DNA of 62,960 bases, filler included, from Octopus bimaculoides (GCF_001194135.2; 12 parts of 12 records of this genome joined end to end with filler, not necessarily neighbours in it), one strand, 5' to 3'; counted from the whole stretch's first letter, positions 1-11,865 are shown. The notes: generated from the letters alone by a model not told the origin. Numbers and translations are program-made.

Positions 1-70
1 GTGTGTGTATATATGCATGCATATATATATGATATATGGAATAAGAAATAATATATGTACGTGTGTATAT

Positions 71-101
<31 letters not shown>

Positions 102-399
102 AACATACACGTGACGATAGAATAATTAATCAAATAAACAAAATCTGGGTCACTCGTTTTCGGCAAGGCTCCATATGAATAGTGAATGAGGCGAATATGT
201 TAATATGGAAGAGAAATTACAAATGTTCACACGAACGAAACAATGAAAAAAAGAAAACAGAGAAACAATTTGAAAAAGAGAGAAAATACACCAATTATTC
301 ATCAATAAATAGATAAATAAACTCATAAAACTGAGGGGAAACGCTTCAAAACAGGTGTGTGTAGCTATTTTATTGTGTATACATATGGAGTATAGGTGT

Positions 400-476
<77 letters not shown>

Positions 477-624
477 ATATGAGTATATGCATATATATGT
501 ACATGTATGTACATACCTTCATCTACATGTACACATACATACATAACTGGGTACATGACGTGGCAAAAGAACATGGACAAAATGATAAACAAGGTACAAA
601 AAACATTCTTCGAAACGCCGGTGT

Positions 625-1405
625 NNNNNNNNNNNNNNNNNNNNNNNNNNNNNNNNNNNNNNNNNNNNNNNNNNNNNNNNNNNNNNNNNNNNNNNNNNNN
701 NNNNNNNNNNNNNNNNNNNNNNNNNNNNNNNNNNNNNNNNNNNNNNNNNNNNNNNNNNNNNNNNNNNNNNNNNNNNNNNNNNNNNNNNNNNNNNNNNNNN
801 NNNNNNNNNNNNNNNNNNNNNNNNNNNNNNNNNNNNNNNNNNNNNNNNNNNNNNNNNNNNNNNNNNNNNNNNNNNNNNNNNNNNNNNNNNNNNNNNNNNN
901 NNNNNNNNNNNNNNNNNNNNNNNNNNNNNNNNNNNNNNNNNNNNNNNNNNNNNNNNNNNNNNNNNNNNNNNNNNNNNNNNNNNNNNNNNNNNNNNNNNNN
1001 NNNNNNNNNNNNNNNNNNNNNNNNNNNNNNNNNNNNNNNNNNNNNNNNNNNNNNNNNNNNNNNNNNNNNNNNNNNNNNNNNNNNNNNNNNNNNNNNNNNN
1101 NNNNNNNNNNNNNNNNNNNNNNNNNNNNNNNNNNNNNNNNNNNNNNNNNNNNNNNNNNNNNNNNNNNNNNNNNNNNNNNNNNNNNNNNNNNNNNNNNNNN
1201 NNNNNNNNNNNNNNNNNNNNNNNNNNNNNNNNNNNNNNNNNNNNNNNNNNNNNNNNNNNNNNNNNNNNNNNNNNNNNNNNNNNNNNNNNNNNNNNNNNNN
1301 NNNNNNNNNNNNNNNNNNNNNNNNNNNNNNNNNNNNNNNNNNNNNNNNNNNNNNNNNNNNNNNNNNNNNNNNNNNNNNNNNNNNNNNNNNNNNNNNNNNN
1401 NNNNN
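625..1405. other. Assembly gap (sized N run); other large gaps at about 13054-13135, 23086-23275, 37203-37943, 39080-39319, 44108-44595, 50836-51177, 54040-54831
   Basis: N runs seen directly; most are flanked by (TA)n/(CA)n microsatellites. Confidence 0.99.
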
Positions 1406-1460
<55 letters not shown>

Positions 1461-1681
1461 ATGTGTGTGTGCGCGCGCGCGTGTGTGTGTCTATGCTTGT
1501 CCCCCATCATCGCGTGACAACCGATATTGGTGTGTTTACGTCCCCGTAACTTAACGGTTCGGCAACAGGGCCCGATAGAATAAGTACTAGGCTTACAATG
1601 AATAAATAATGGAGTCGATTTGCTCGACTGAAGGCGGTGCTCCAGCATGGCCGCAGTGAAATGACTGAAACCGGTAAAAGA
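1406..1681 (+). mobile_element. tRNA-derived SINE family A, 3' half with internal (TA)/(TG) microsatellite; 5' half probably in the gap
   Basis: Colinear with the reverse complement of the full copies at 10425-10930 and 14650-15115; ends ...GGCGGTGCTCCAGCATGGCCGCAGTGAAATGACTGAAAC..TAAAAGA. Confidence 0.85.
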
Positions 1682-1768
1682 ATATAAATATATATATATA
1701 TACATACATACATATATACACATATATTTATATATATACGTACATACACATATATATATACTTATACG

Positions 1769-1807
<39 letters not shown>

Positions 1808-1851
1808 TCTTTTACTTGTTTCAGTCAGTTGACTGCGGCTATGCTGGAGCA
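1808..1851 (-). mobile_element. SINE family A extreme 3' tail fragment, inverted relative to 1638-1681
   Basis: 39/44 identity to the reverse complement of 1638-1681. Confidence 0.85.
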
Positions 1852-2334
1852 TGCGTGGTGTTTTCTGAAACCTTCCTCTTTGCTTCAGACAGAAAAACCA
1901 CAGAACAAAACACGTGTTTGGAAAGCACATCAAACATTGCTAAGGTGAACGGCGACAACAACAGCAACAGCAGAAACTGCTGTTGCTGTTTTCAATCTGC
2001 AAACCTCCGCTGCTGTTTGCTGCTGCTGCTTGGCTACTGCGATTTGCTGCTGCTGCTGTTGTTGTGCTTGTAATTGCTGTTATTGTTGTTACAGCTGTAG
2101 GTAAGGAAACACACTGTAGCGGTTTGAGGAGAGGAGTAGGAGTAGTAGGAGGAGGTAACAGTGTGCGTGATGTACGTATGTATGTATGTATGTATGTGTG
2201 TATGTATGTATGTATGTATGTGTGCGTGCGGTGAGCGAAAAAAAGAAAGGAAGATTGAATGAAAGGGAGAAAGAGACATGTAGAGATATAGAAAGAGAAA
2301 GAAGAAAAATGAGTGTTGGTGGGAGGTAAGAGAT

Positions 2335-2378
<44 letters not shown>

Positions 2379-3009
2379 AAGAGGAAGGGGAGGAGACAGA
2401 GAAATAGAGATAAAGAGATTTGTTTGCTTGCGTGCGTCTGTGTGTTTGTGAGTGTGTCCATGTGTGTGTACAAGATGTGTGTGTGTGTGTGTGAACAGGT
2501 GCGTGAACAAGTGTATATGGCGTTCATAAACCCTAGACAAGCTTTATATCATGTTTCAGACGACATACACTACCTCTGTCTCTCTGTCTCTCTCTCCCTC
2601 TCTCTCTATCTATCTATCTATCTATCTAGCCATGTTATCTATCTCTCCTACCTTGACCGGAACGTACAGCGCAGCAGGAAGGCAGGAAAAATAATGGAGT
2701 GACAAAGAAATGAGAGAAGAGATACACACACACTCACACAGCACACATACATTCACACAAACAGTGAGAGAGTCAGAGATATGCATACATAACATATCAC
2801 TGTATGTATGCGTCTTTTGATATATCTATATATATGTATGTATCTCTCCTTATATATATACACGCGCGCGCAGAATATATATATGCACACCTCTTATATA
2901 TCTTATTTGTTCTCACCCAGCAATTCCACACGACAGGCAAATGTGTGTGTGTATATAAAATTTCAAGGTCTATCTCTTACTCTCGCTCTCTCTATCTCAC
3001 ACACACACA

Positions 3010-3041
<32 letters not shown>

Positions 3042-3172
3042 CCTTCTCTCTCTCTTTCACACACACACATACACACACACACACACACACACCGCAACCA
3101 GGCAAACGCAGCAAACCCCATCATTATTTCATTACATCAAAGTCTGTCTCTCGTAATCACCCACCACCACCA

Positions 3173-3272
3173 NNNNNNNNNNNNNNNNNNNNNNNNNNNN
3201 NNNNNNNNNNNNNNNNTTAATTAATTAANNNNNNNNNNNNNNNNNNNNNNNNNNNNNNNNNNNNNNNNNNNN
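3173..3272. other. 100-bp placeholder gap with six-frame stop spacer TTAATTAATTAA (spacers start at 3217, 4430, 5557, 6871, 34319, 38381, 48998, 53511, 55739, 58703, 61817)
   Basis: Identical 44N+12+44N layout at 11 sites; the palindromic 12-mer places TAA in all frames; scaffolding artefact. Confidence 0.95.
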
Positions 3273-3540
3273 AGTTTAGTGTCCAATGTAGGAAAGGTAC
3301 GCATGAGTGGGCTGGCTACACCACTGAAGGCCTCTGACCCGAATGATAATAAATAATAATAATAACAACATCGAAAAATACCTTAGGAATGAGAACCCAG
3401 GTTCGAAATTTCCCCAAGACACCTGATGAAGGCTGGAGGGTATATCAGACGAAACGTGTTAACAACAAACAAGATGAGAAGAAATATCCATCAATTGTAA
3501 ACAATGTGCATAATTCCTCATCTTAAATACAGAACTGTAT
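3273..3540 (+). mobile_element. Penelope-like element terminal repeat (pseudo-LTR), copy 1, with mutated minimal hammerhead motif
   Basis: ACAC-CTGATGA-AGGCTG..CAGAC-GAAACGTG at 3419-3458; 3413-3540 is repeated directly at 3781-3912. Confidence 0.6.
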
Positions 3541-3780
3541 TCATCATCATCATCGACGTTTAACGTCCGCTTTCCATGCTAGCATGGGTTGGATGATGTG
3601 ACTGAGGACTGGTGAAACCAGATGGCTACACCAGGCTCCAATCTGATGTAGCAATGTTTCTACAGCTGGATGCCCTTCCTAATGCCAACCACTCAGAGAG
3701 TGTAGTAGGTGCTTTTTACGTGTCACCCGCACAAAGGCCAGTCACACGGTACTGGCAATGGCCACACTCAAAATGGTTTC
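3541..3780 (-). mobile_element. RTE-clade LINE/SINE 3' end with (GAT)n tail
   Basis: Minus strand ends ...GGAAGGGCATCCAGCTGTAGAAAC...ATGGAAAGCGGACGTTAAACGTCGATGATGATGATGA, a recalled RTE-type 3' UTR and tail. Confidence 0.6.
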
Positions 3781-3912
3781 TCCAAGACACCTGATGAAGG
3801 CTGGAGGGTATATCAGCTGAAACGTTGTGTTAACAGCAAACAAGATGAGAAGAAATATCCGTCAAATGTAAACAATGTACATAATTCCTCATCTCTTAAA
3901 TACAGAACTGTA
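3781..3912 (+). mobile_element. Penelope-like terminal repeat, copy 2
   Basis: Direct repeat of 3413-3540; contains the hammerhead core. Confidence 0.6.
3786..3831 (+). ncRNA. Minimal type I hammerhead ribozyme motif (dimer-dependent type)
   Basis: Stem I GACAC/GTGTT; core CTGATGA 3791-3797 plus an extra A; stem II GGCTG/CAGCT; GAAA 3819-3822; stem III reduced to palindrome ACGT; site GUU. Confidence 0.55.
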
Positions 3913-3969
3913 TTGTTTATATTTACAGTGACAAAGGTGTGAGAATGCTTGCTGGAGGCTCAGACTCAC

Positions 3970-4185
3970 CAATAACGTCTCCTTCTCGCTCTTGATCTCC
4001 TCCAGTTCGTTCTTCTGCTCCTGGTGTTGGCTCTTCACCTCATCCAACAGGCCACTCTTCTCCTCCATTGTCCTCCTCGTCTCGCTCAACTCCCCGTCTT
4101 TCTTCACAATTAATTCCTCCATCTCCTTACTAAACTCTTCACTCTGTTTCGTCAACTTACTCTGCAATTTTTCTAATTCACTCTT
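3970..4185 (-). CDS. Internal coding exon (216 nt, phase 0-0) of an unidentified long coiled-coil protein: KSELEKLQSKLTKQSEEFSKEMEELIVKKDGELSETRRTMEEKSGLLDEVKSQHQEQKNELEEIKSEKETLL
   Basis: Acceptor ttttttttgttttttccAG (AG = 4187-4186); donor TTG|GTGAGT (GT = 3969-3968); open E/K/L-rich heptad-like frame; more GC-rich than flanks. Confidence 0.85.
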
Positions 4186-4495
4186 CTGGAAAAAACAAAA
4201 AAAAAACAGCCCGAAATGATTACAAGAACAATTACAACGATGCTGATGATGATGATGCTGATGATGATGATGCTGATGATGATGATGATGATGATAATGG
4301 TAGGGGTAGTGGTTGTGGTCATAATTGCTGCAGGTGTTACGTTCCTGCAATCGGTGGAAATCCATGAAGTAGCAAGAGTACTGTANNNNNNNNNNNNNNN
4401 NNNNNNNNNNNNNNNNNNNNNNNNNNNNNTTAATTAATTAANNNNNNNNNNNNNNNNNNNNNNNNNNNNNNNNNNNNNNNNNNNNAACTAAACTG

Positions 4496-4859
4496 ACACG
4501 TCAACGATTACCACGACGAGTGTTCCTGTCGATCCGATGAACGCGACAGCCTGCTCGTGAAATTAACTTCCAAGTAAGTGGCTGTGCACTCTACCGACAC
4601 GTGTACCCTTAACGTTGTTCTCGGAGAGATTCAGCATGACACACAGTGTGACAAGGCTGGCCCTTCGAAATACAGGTACAAAAGAAACAGGAGGAAAGAA
4701 TGGGAGAAAGTTGTGGTGAAAGAGTACAAAAGGGTTCGCCACTACCACCCCCTGGCGGAACCCCGTAGAATTTTAGGTGTTTTCGCTCAATAAACACTCA
4801 CAACGCTCGGTCTGGGAATCGAAACCACGATCCTACGACCGCGAGTTCTCTGCACTAAT

Positions 4860-4862
<3 letters not shown>
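4496..4862 (-). mobile_element. tRNA-derived SINE family C, slightly 5' truncated
   Basis: Colinear with 40540-40926; B-box-like GGTTTCGATTCC on the minus strand. Confidence 0.85.
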
Positions 4863-4935
<73 letters not shown>

Positions 4936-5612
4936 TATATTTATATGTGTGAGTGGGGGTGTACATATATATATATATACAAATGTATATGCATGCATAG
5001 ATAGATAGATAGATAGATGGATAGATAGATAGACATGCTTTATATATAGAATGTTTCTTCTCAACTTCAGAAACTTATTTTTAGCATTAATAGTTTTTTT
5101 AGCAAACTCATCACGTACGTTGGTCTTAAATAATATTAGTATCAATTTTCATGATTCCACTTCTTTCTCTGTAGTCATTTATAACACAGACTGATTATGG
5201 TTAAATATCAGACGTTTATTGTATATATTAATATCTATGGCTATATTTAGTTCGGCTAAATATAGTTTGGGTTCAGCAGCTCATGACGATAGCTGCATAT
5301 TTTTCACTTTACATGTATGATTCTAATAATATTACAGGTGTGTCGGGTCACCATACCTTGTTGTTTACCAAAGTACATTTTAATATGCGTAATGAAGCTA
5401 GTGCGCTAAACTTTATGCATGTGTATCAATAAATGAATAAATATATGTATATGTATTTGTGTGTATATTTGTGAGTGTCCCTCTCTCTGTCTCTGTACGT
5501 ATGTATATATATNNNNNNNNNNNNNNNNNNNNNNNNNNNNNNNNNNNNNNNNNNNNTTAATTAATTAANNNNNNNNNNNNNNNNNNNNNNNNNNNNNNNN
5601 NNNNNNNNNNNN

Positions 5613-6826
5613 AAACAAATATGGTCGGTGAAGCAACAACCCCAGAAAAGGACCATTAAAACAATGAACGTAGCACCGGAGCAACTCTGGACCCCTATAA
5701 CAACTGAAGAGGTCACCCAGACACTGCAAAGACTAAGCAACTGGAAGGCACCTGGGCACGACAAGATCCCCAAATTCTGGTTAAAACACCCGACAGGAAT
5801 GCATAAAAAGCTGGCAGAAAACTTTAACAACATACTAGCAGAGCCAGAGACAATACCTGAATGGCTCACGAAAGGGAAAACCATCTTAATCCCCAAATCC
5901 ACGGAAACGGAGAAACCACAAAGCTATAGACCTATAAGCTGTCTCCCTATGATCTACAAAGCCTTTACTGCAAGCACCTGGAAAATAACAACCTGTTTCC
6001 AGAAGAGCAGAAGGGATGCTGCAAAGGATCATACGGCTGTAAAGATCAATTATTGATCAATAGCGCCATAGCTGAAGACAGCTCCAGAAGGAAGAAAGGC
6101 CTCAGTATGGCCTGGGTGGACTACCAAAAGGCTTTCGACAGTGTTCCCCACACGTGGATTCTGGAAACACTAGCCATAAAGAAGGTGGCACCAATTATTA
6201 TAAAATACATAAGGCACTCAATGAACAAATGGCAGACAGTGCTACAGCTCCAAACGAAAGAGGGACTTGTGAAAACGAAAGCCATCCCCATTAGAAGAGG
6301 ACTATTCCAGGGAGAAACACTCTCTCCACTCCTGTTCTGTCTGACACTCACACCTTTAACTGAATAGCTAAATAGAACTGGATGCGGTCACAAATGCTAC
6401 TGGAAAAAAGACAGCCATCTTTTATATATGGATGACCTAAAATTATACGCAAAAAATGACAAAGAGCTAGAAAGACTACTACAGAGAATACACGGCTTTA
6501 CCAAGGAAATAGATATGAAATTCGGATTAGGAAACTGTACCAAAGCAACCCTGAAAAGAGGATATAGGATTCACCACCCAAAATCTGACATAGAAAGGCT
6601 ATATATACAACGCACAGAAGGTGGCAGGGGTCTTATACAGCTGGAAAACTATTATAAAATCACCACCATAGGACTGCAAAAATACCTACTCCAGAAGCAA
6701 GGGAAACTAATAAAAATAGCAAAACACGAGCAAAACAAAAAACTGTTTCCAGTATTTAAGGAAGCTGACAAATACAAACAAGAAATCATACTACCTAACA
6801 AATACAAAAAAGAAATCATACTACCT
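5613..6826 (+). mobile_element. R4/Dong-like non-LTR retrotransposon RT fragment, disrupted by frameshift, stop and internal deletion
   Basis: NWKAPGHDKI, YRPISCLP, FPEEQKGC, WVDYQKAFDSVPH, RGLFQGETLSPLLF, LFYMDDLKLYA, HPKSDIERLY..RTEGGRGL; residues missing between KATLKRG and YRIHHPK; both ends at gaps. Confidence 0.92.
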
Positions 6827-6926
6827 NNNNNNNNNNNNNNNNNNNNNNNNNNNNNNNNNNNNNNNNNNNNTTAATTAATTAANNNNNNNNNNNNNNNNNN
6901 NNNNNNNNNNNNNNNNNNNNNNNNNN

Positions 6927-6982
<56 letters not shown>

Positions 6983-7496
6983 CATGTATATATGTATGTA
7001 TGTATCTATCTCATTCTCTCTCTGTGTATATATATATGTATGTATAAATTTTTTAATTTGTGTTGCAAGGTTCCTGATGTGAAACCATGTGTTGAAACAG
7101 ATATTGTTATATTTAGACATGGTCATTGTTTCTTACCAGATAAACACAGGCACTATATATTCGTTCTTCACTCATTCATTACGGTTTGAATTTTATCTTA
7201 TGCCCATAAACCGGAAATATTTCGTTACACATCAGTGACCTCTTCTGTAAGCCTTTCGTGCAAGTGTATCCTTCTGGTTCGGTTAAGCGGAGCAGGGTGA
7301 TACACTCGGATAGAAAGGGTGGCCGAACTGGTCACAAATCTGTGATGAACGATTTTCGGAAAATAGACATAAGAGACGAGAAGAACGGCAATGAACGAAT
7401 GAAGAATGAATATATTATGGGTGTGTTTATCTGGAAGAAAAAAACGATGACCATCGCGAAAATTAACAACATGTATGTATGTATGTATGTATGTAT

Positions 7497-7543
<47 letters not shown>

Positions 7544-7565
7544 TGTAGATATATATGTATATATA

Positions 7566-8530
7566 TATTTTTTTATTTGTAGTTTCAGCTCAGAGTTGGG
7601 CCATGCTGGTGAACCGCCGTTTTGCTACACTGTTATTATTGAGAGCCTCATCTAATATGTGGCATTTGGTGATTAGGTGAGTTTGATGTCACTATCCTGG
7701 TTTGCACCTCTTGCCGCGAAATAGGTTCATCGGTGACTCTCGACAGCAAAAGGTCTAGCTTTCATTTGAAAGGACTTACATCCAGTTTGTGTAGGTCCCT
7801 CAAGCTCTTTGGAAGAATATTAAAAAGCTGTGGGCCTCCGAAACCCAATCTGTCGCAGTAACAGGTTCTGAGGTTTGATGACATTGCTGGGATCTATGAC
7901 ACTGTGCCGTGTCGACCCGTCCTGGCATTGGTGTAGCTTTCAATGCCAACATTTGGAAAATTCCTTCCAGGATCTTCCAGATGTTTATTACTGCTTACCT
8001 CTCCCGCCTTCTCTCCGTGGAGTAGAGATTTAGCTGTTTCAGTTTCCCGCAGTAGATGAGCTGTTGCAACAAGACGTTCTTCTTTGTGAAGCTTCGCTAA
8101 ATTGCTTCAAGGTCCGCTGTTGATTTTACGCTGTTGCGTGACCATAGCTGGAAGCAGTTGTCCAGGAGGCTGAGGTCGAATATCCTCCAAAGGACCATTG
8201 TGGTTTCCTTCACTTTGGTTCTGAACGTTCTCAGGAACCATCCAGCCAGTCGTGTGCACTTTGTCACCATCCTGGTAATGTGCACTTGGAAAGAGATATC
8301 ATCACTCATGTCGATACCCAGGTCCCTCATTGATTTAGGCTCTGGGATTGTGATCCTTTGTGGACCAGTGGACCTTGTAAGTTTTATATTCAGTTTTGGA
8401 ATCCGTTAGCGCAGAGCTTGGAATTTTTCATCATTAAACTGCATATTATTGTCCTCAGCCCATCTGTAAAATGAGTCCAACTCCTGCTGCAGGTGTGCAA
8501 CCTCGCTGGGGTTCTGTATTTTCTGCCGAC
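7566..8530 (-). mobile_element. CR1/L2-group LINE, 5'-truncated: RT C-terminus, 3' UTR and A-rich tail
   Basis: LQQELDSFYRWAEDNNMQFNDEKF, RDLGIDMSDDISF..HI, LKQLNLYS.ERRRER..VINIWKILEG, with in-frame stops; matches the copy at 28002-28437. Confidence 0.9.
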
Positions 8531-8659
8531 ACATATACATATATGGCGCAGCCTCCTGTGTTAATTGACGGATGAAGTTGAGTTATGTAATTTTTTACAG
8601 AACAACCAGCGCAGATAATTTATTCAGAGTAATTAAATGTTTGTGCTGCACATGAGTTC

Positions 8660-8740
8660 ACTATCTCAATGTCCGGGAGTGGAAACCATGATCTTGTGAT
8701 CGTTAATGCAATTCCCTAACCATCAGGCGAACGCGTTCAC
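8660..8740 (-). mobile_element. Old tRNA-SINE head fragment
   Basis: Degenerate A box (GATGGTTAG) and B box (GGTTTCCACTCC); resembles 42842-42910. Confidence 0.4.
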
Positions 8741-9051
8741 TTATATGTGTTCGTTTGTTTCTATTTGTGACACTCTGTAGGTACGCATATATAATTGAAG
8801 TAGGATACACATGGAATATACTTATTTCATGAAGCTATTTCTCATGAAAATGAAATATTTTCATGCAAATCAAATTTGCTATTTACAGTCAGTCTAGAAA
8901 CTTGAAGCTAAGTTATTGCATCTTCCTTTCTTCACAATACCTTTGCAAGTTGAACGGACATAAAATGTAGGCTAAACTTAGATATCTTAGTTAAATAATT
9001 TACGCAAGTGAGAAAAGGAATTGAATATCTTTCTGCTTCACCATTATTTCC

Positions 9052-9273
9052 TTAAGATATATTTTTCACTTGAGAGTTTGTTAGGTTTGTTAGCCGTTCT
9101 TGATTTTTGGTATTGTGCAGACATGTTTCTATTGTGTTAAACGCAGAAAAATAACGCTCAAAGGACGATGTCGGAATTGGTATAATAAAGATCGAATCCA
9201 TTAGTTTATGGACTTGAAGAAAACGGTTCATGCATTCCATTTTCTTACAAATACTTAAAGAGATCTTCAACAT
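9052..9273 (-). mobile_element. hAT transposase C-terminal dimerisation-domain remnant
   Basis: IPIPTSSFERYFSAFNTIETCLHNTKNQERLTNL resembles the hAT motif P.TS...ERSFS.L..IKT.LRN.M.QERL..L. Confidence 0.7.
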
Positions 9274-10164
9274 TAGTTTGAACAGAAAAGTTACTAGAAT
9301 ACAAAACAGTTAATTCCGAGCTGAGAAGCAAACTGAAAAAGAATAAAATAAAATAACTGTAATTATATTCTTTTTGTTTACGTGTTTTTGTTTCTTACGG
9401 TGAATTTCTTCTGTTTCTTCTTCCAAACTCCAAATGTCATCAAATTTATATTCTTTACTTGTGGTAAGTTTCTTTCTTATTTATCTCTAATATACACTCG
9501 ATTCAGTAACATGAGGGGACTTCGGGATACCCCATGTTTTTCCAACGTTGTGTCTTTTCAGTCAAAGCGATTTTACAACACTAAATCTGACATGAGTTTG
9601 TGGCTGGTATTTTTAACGTCAGAAAATTATTAGTTGATTCATGGCAACCTGTTATATATCTAAAGTGTGTTATGAAGAGATATTCCTCTGAAGGAGAATT
9701 GATTCTTCAATGACAAGCTACAACTGCGATTTCCACTCGAATCAGACAGAATATTTTAAGAATGAATATGCAAGTTATTATTCCAATGCTCTCTGTTTCT
9801 GTATGCCAGACAGTTTATTTAGTAGGCTTCAGAAAAAACTTTGATAGCTGAATTTACAAACATAGACCGGAAAATCTTCATAGATTCCTTAGACTTGAAT
9901 AGCTTTGGCTAAGGAGCCGCACAGGGATGTCGAAAATACAGATGCTGCACAGTTACCTTATGCTAATGAATCGAGTGTATCATTAAAACACATTTGTACG
10001 AAAGGTGTTGTTCTCCAAATGACAAAATACAAAAGTGATTAACAGTTCGAACTTGCGATGTATTATTTAAGAATAAATCCGTAAGACATCGTCTTCATTC
10101 GCAGTGTTTCTCGCACACAAGGCAGTTTTACACACATACACACAGATACAGGCACACACAGACA

Positions 10165-10223
<59 letters not shown>

Positions 10224-10231
10224 ACATACAT

Positions 10232-10420
10232 GTTGGTTTCTAATTTCGGGATAGGGCCAGCAGATTTTGAGAAGGTGAATTCGATCACGTTGGCCTCCGT
10301 TCTTGACTTGTGCTTATTTGCTAATTTTATCGAGCCCGAGGGATAATAGGCGAAATCGACCTCGGCGGAGTTTGAAATCAGAATGTAAAGCCGGACGTAA
10401 TACCGGTAAGCATTTTCTCC
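10232..10420 (-). mobile_element. SINE family B (MetaSINE-like central domain), lacking the extreme 5' end
   Basis: Minus strand TTCAAACTCCGCCGAGGTCGATTTCGCCTATTATCCCTCGGGCTCGATAAAAT; colinear with 60900-61114. Confidence 0.75.
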
Positions 10421-10424
10421 ATTT

Positions 10425-10670
10425 TCTTTTACTTGTTTCAGTCATTTCACTGCGGTCATGCTGGAGCACCGCCTTTAGTCAAGCAAATCGACCTCGTGAC
10501 TTATTCTTTGTAAACATAGTACTTATTCTATCGCTCTCTCTTTGCCGAACCGCTAGATTACGGGGACGTAAACACACCAGCATCGGTTGTCAAGCGATGT
10601 TACGGAACAAACACACACACGCGCGCATGCACACACACGCACACGCACACGCACACACGCACACACACAC

Positions 10671-10701
<31 letters not shown>

Positions 10702-10765
10702 CTAATATATACTTTTGTTATTTACACCACCTGTCCTCGTCTGTTGTTATTATTTGTATATTCTC

Positions 10766-10799
<34 letters not shown>

Positions 10800-10930
10800 G
10801 ACAGGCTTCTTTCAGTTTCCGTCTACCAAATCCACACACACGGTCGGCCAGAGGCTATAGTAGAAAATACTTGGCCAAAGTGCCACACAGTGGAACCGAA
10901 GCTACTCATCAGATAGCCACTCCTGCGCCT
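10425..10930 (-). mobile_element. SINE family A, near full length, with expanded internal microsatellite region
   Basis: 5' AGGCGCAGGAGTGGCT; central ACTATAGCCTC..GATTTGGTAGACGGAAACTGAAAGAAGCC; LINE-like tail. Confidence 0.9.
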
Positions 10931-11109
10931 ATATATATATATATATCTTGATATCAATGCGAGTATCTGTTTTATAGACATACTTCAGGAACGACATATC
11001 TCTGTACAGGAGATTTCATGTGTAATATCCACATGTACGTAAGTACGTTGCATACTTAAAGTGCACACTGAGTTATATCGTTTTCTTTACTGTTGATTTC
11101 TATTATGTC

Positions 11110-11260
11110 ATTCTTCTTGTTCTTGTTCTTGTTCTTGTTCTTGTTCTTGTTCTTGTTCTTCTTGTTCTTGTTCTTGTTCATCTTGTTCTTGTTCATCTTG
11201 TTCTTGTTCTTGTTCTTGTTCTTGTTCTTCTTCTTCTTCTTCTTCTTCTTCTTCTTCTTC
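11110..11260. repeat. Compound (TTCTTG)n/(TTC)n microsatellite
   Basis: Read directly; source of the spurious EQEQ and KNKN ORFs. Confidence 0.95.
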
Positions 11261-11588
11261 ATGTAGAATGTTATATATGCTATACATTGCTTTATAGAAA
11301 CTGCGTTGGCAGATTTTCATTCGTTTTTATGCGTAAGACTTTGTCTATAACACTTAATGCTTCTAATGCTTTTGAGACACCGGAATTATACTGTTGTATA
11401 TAAAACTCAGTCTTCATATTTCAAAACTTATTCAGTTTCAAGCCGACGTAGCTCCCACACAATGCTTTTAAAACATCTAATTACGTCATAACGAAATAGA
11501 AAAAAAAAGGCAGAGAGGAACAGCAAAAAGAAAAGTTCTCTCGAGTAAAGGATGCCATATGTTCTATGTATACATATGCATTATGTAA

Positions 11589-11688
<100 letters not shown>

Positions 11689-11813
11689 GTCTGTATGTAT
11701 GTCTGCCTGTCTGCCTGCCTGTCTGTCTGTCTGTTTGTCTGTCTAACTATCTATGTATCTTTCTGCCTATCTATCTATTTATGTTTATGCATGTATGTGT
11801 GTGTGTGTACTGG

Positions 11814-11865
<52 letters not shown>

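Noticed and set aside
365-1933. Long ORF-track entries spanning N gaps (also at 37168-38016, 43904-44675, 53823-55031 and others)
   Set aside because: Length comes from N codons and dinucleotide repeats; no coding evidence
1940-2110. CAG/GCA-rich stretch with a good minus-strand acceptor (ttccttacctacAG) and a plus-strand GTAAGG donor
   Set aside because: Frames are low-complexity or stopped, splice-like signals occur on both strands, and the phase does not fit the 3970-4185 exon
7230-7340. Minus-strand acceptor plus a 37-codon frame (FVTSSATLSIRVYHPAP..)
   Set aside because: Weak donor, phase 2 incompatible with the phase-0 exon downstream, no recognisable motif
11056-11320. EQEQ/poly-E and KNKN ORFs
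   Set aside because: Pure (TTCTTG)n/(TTC)n microsatellite with no splice signals
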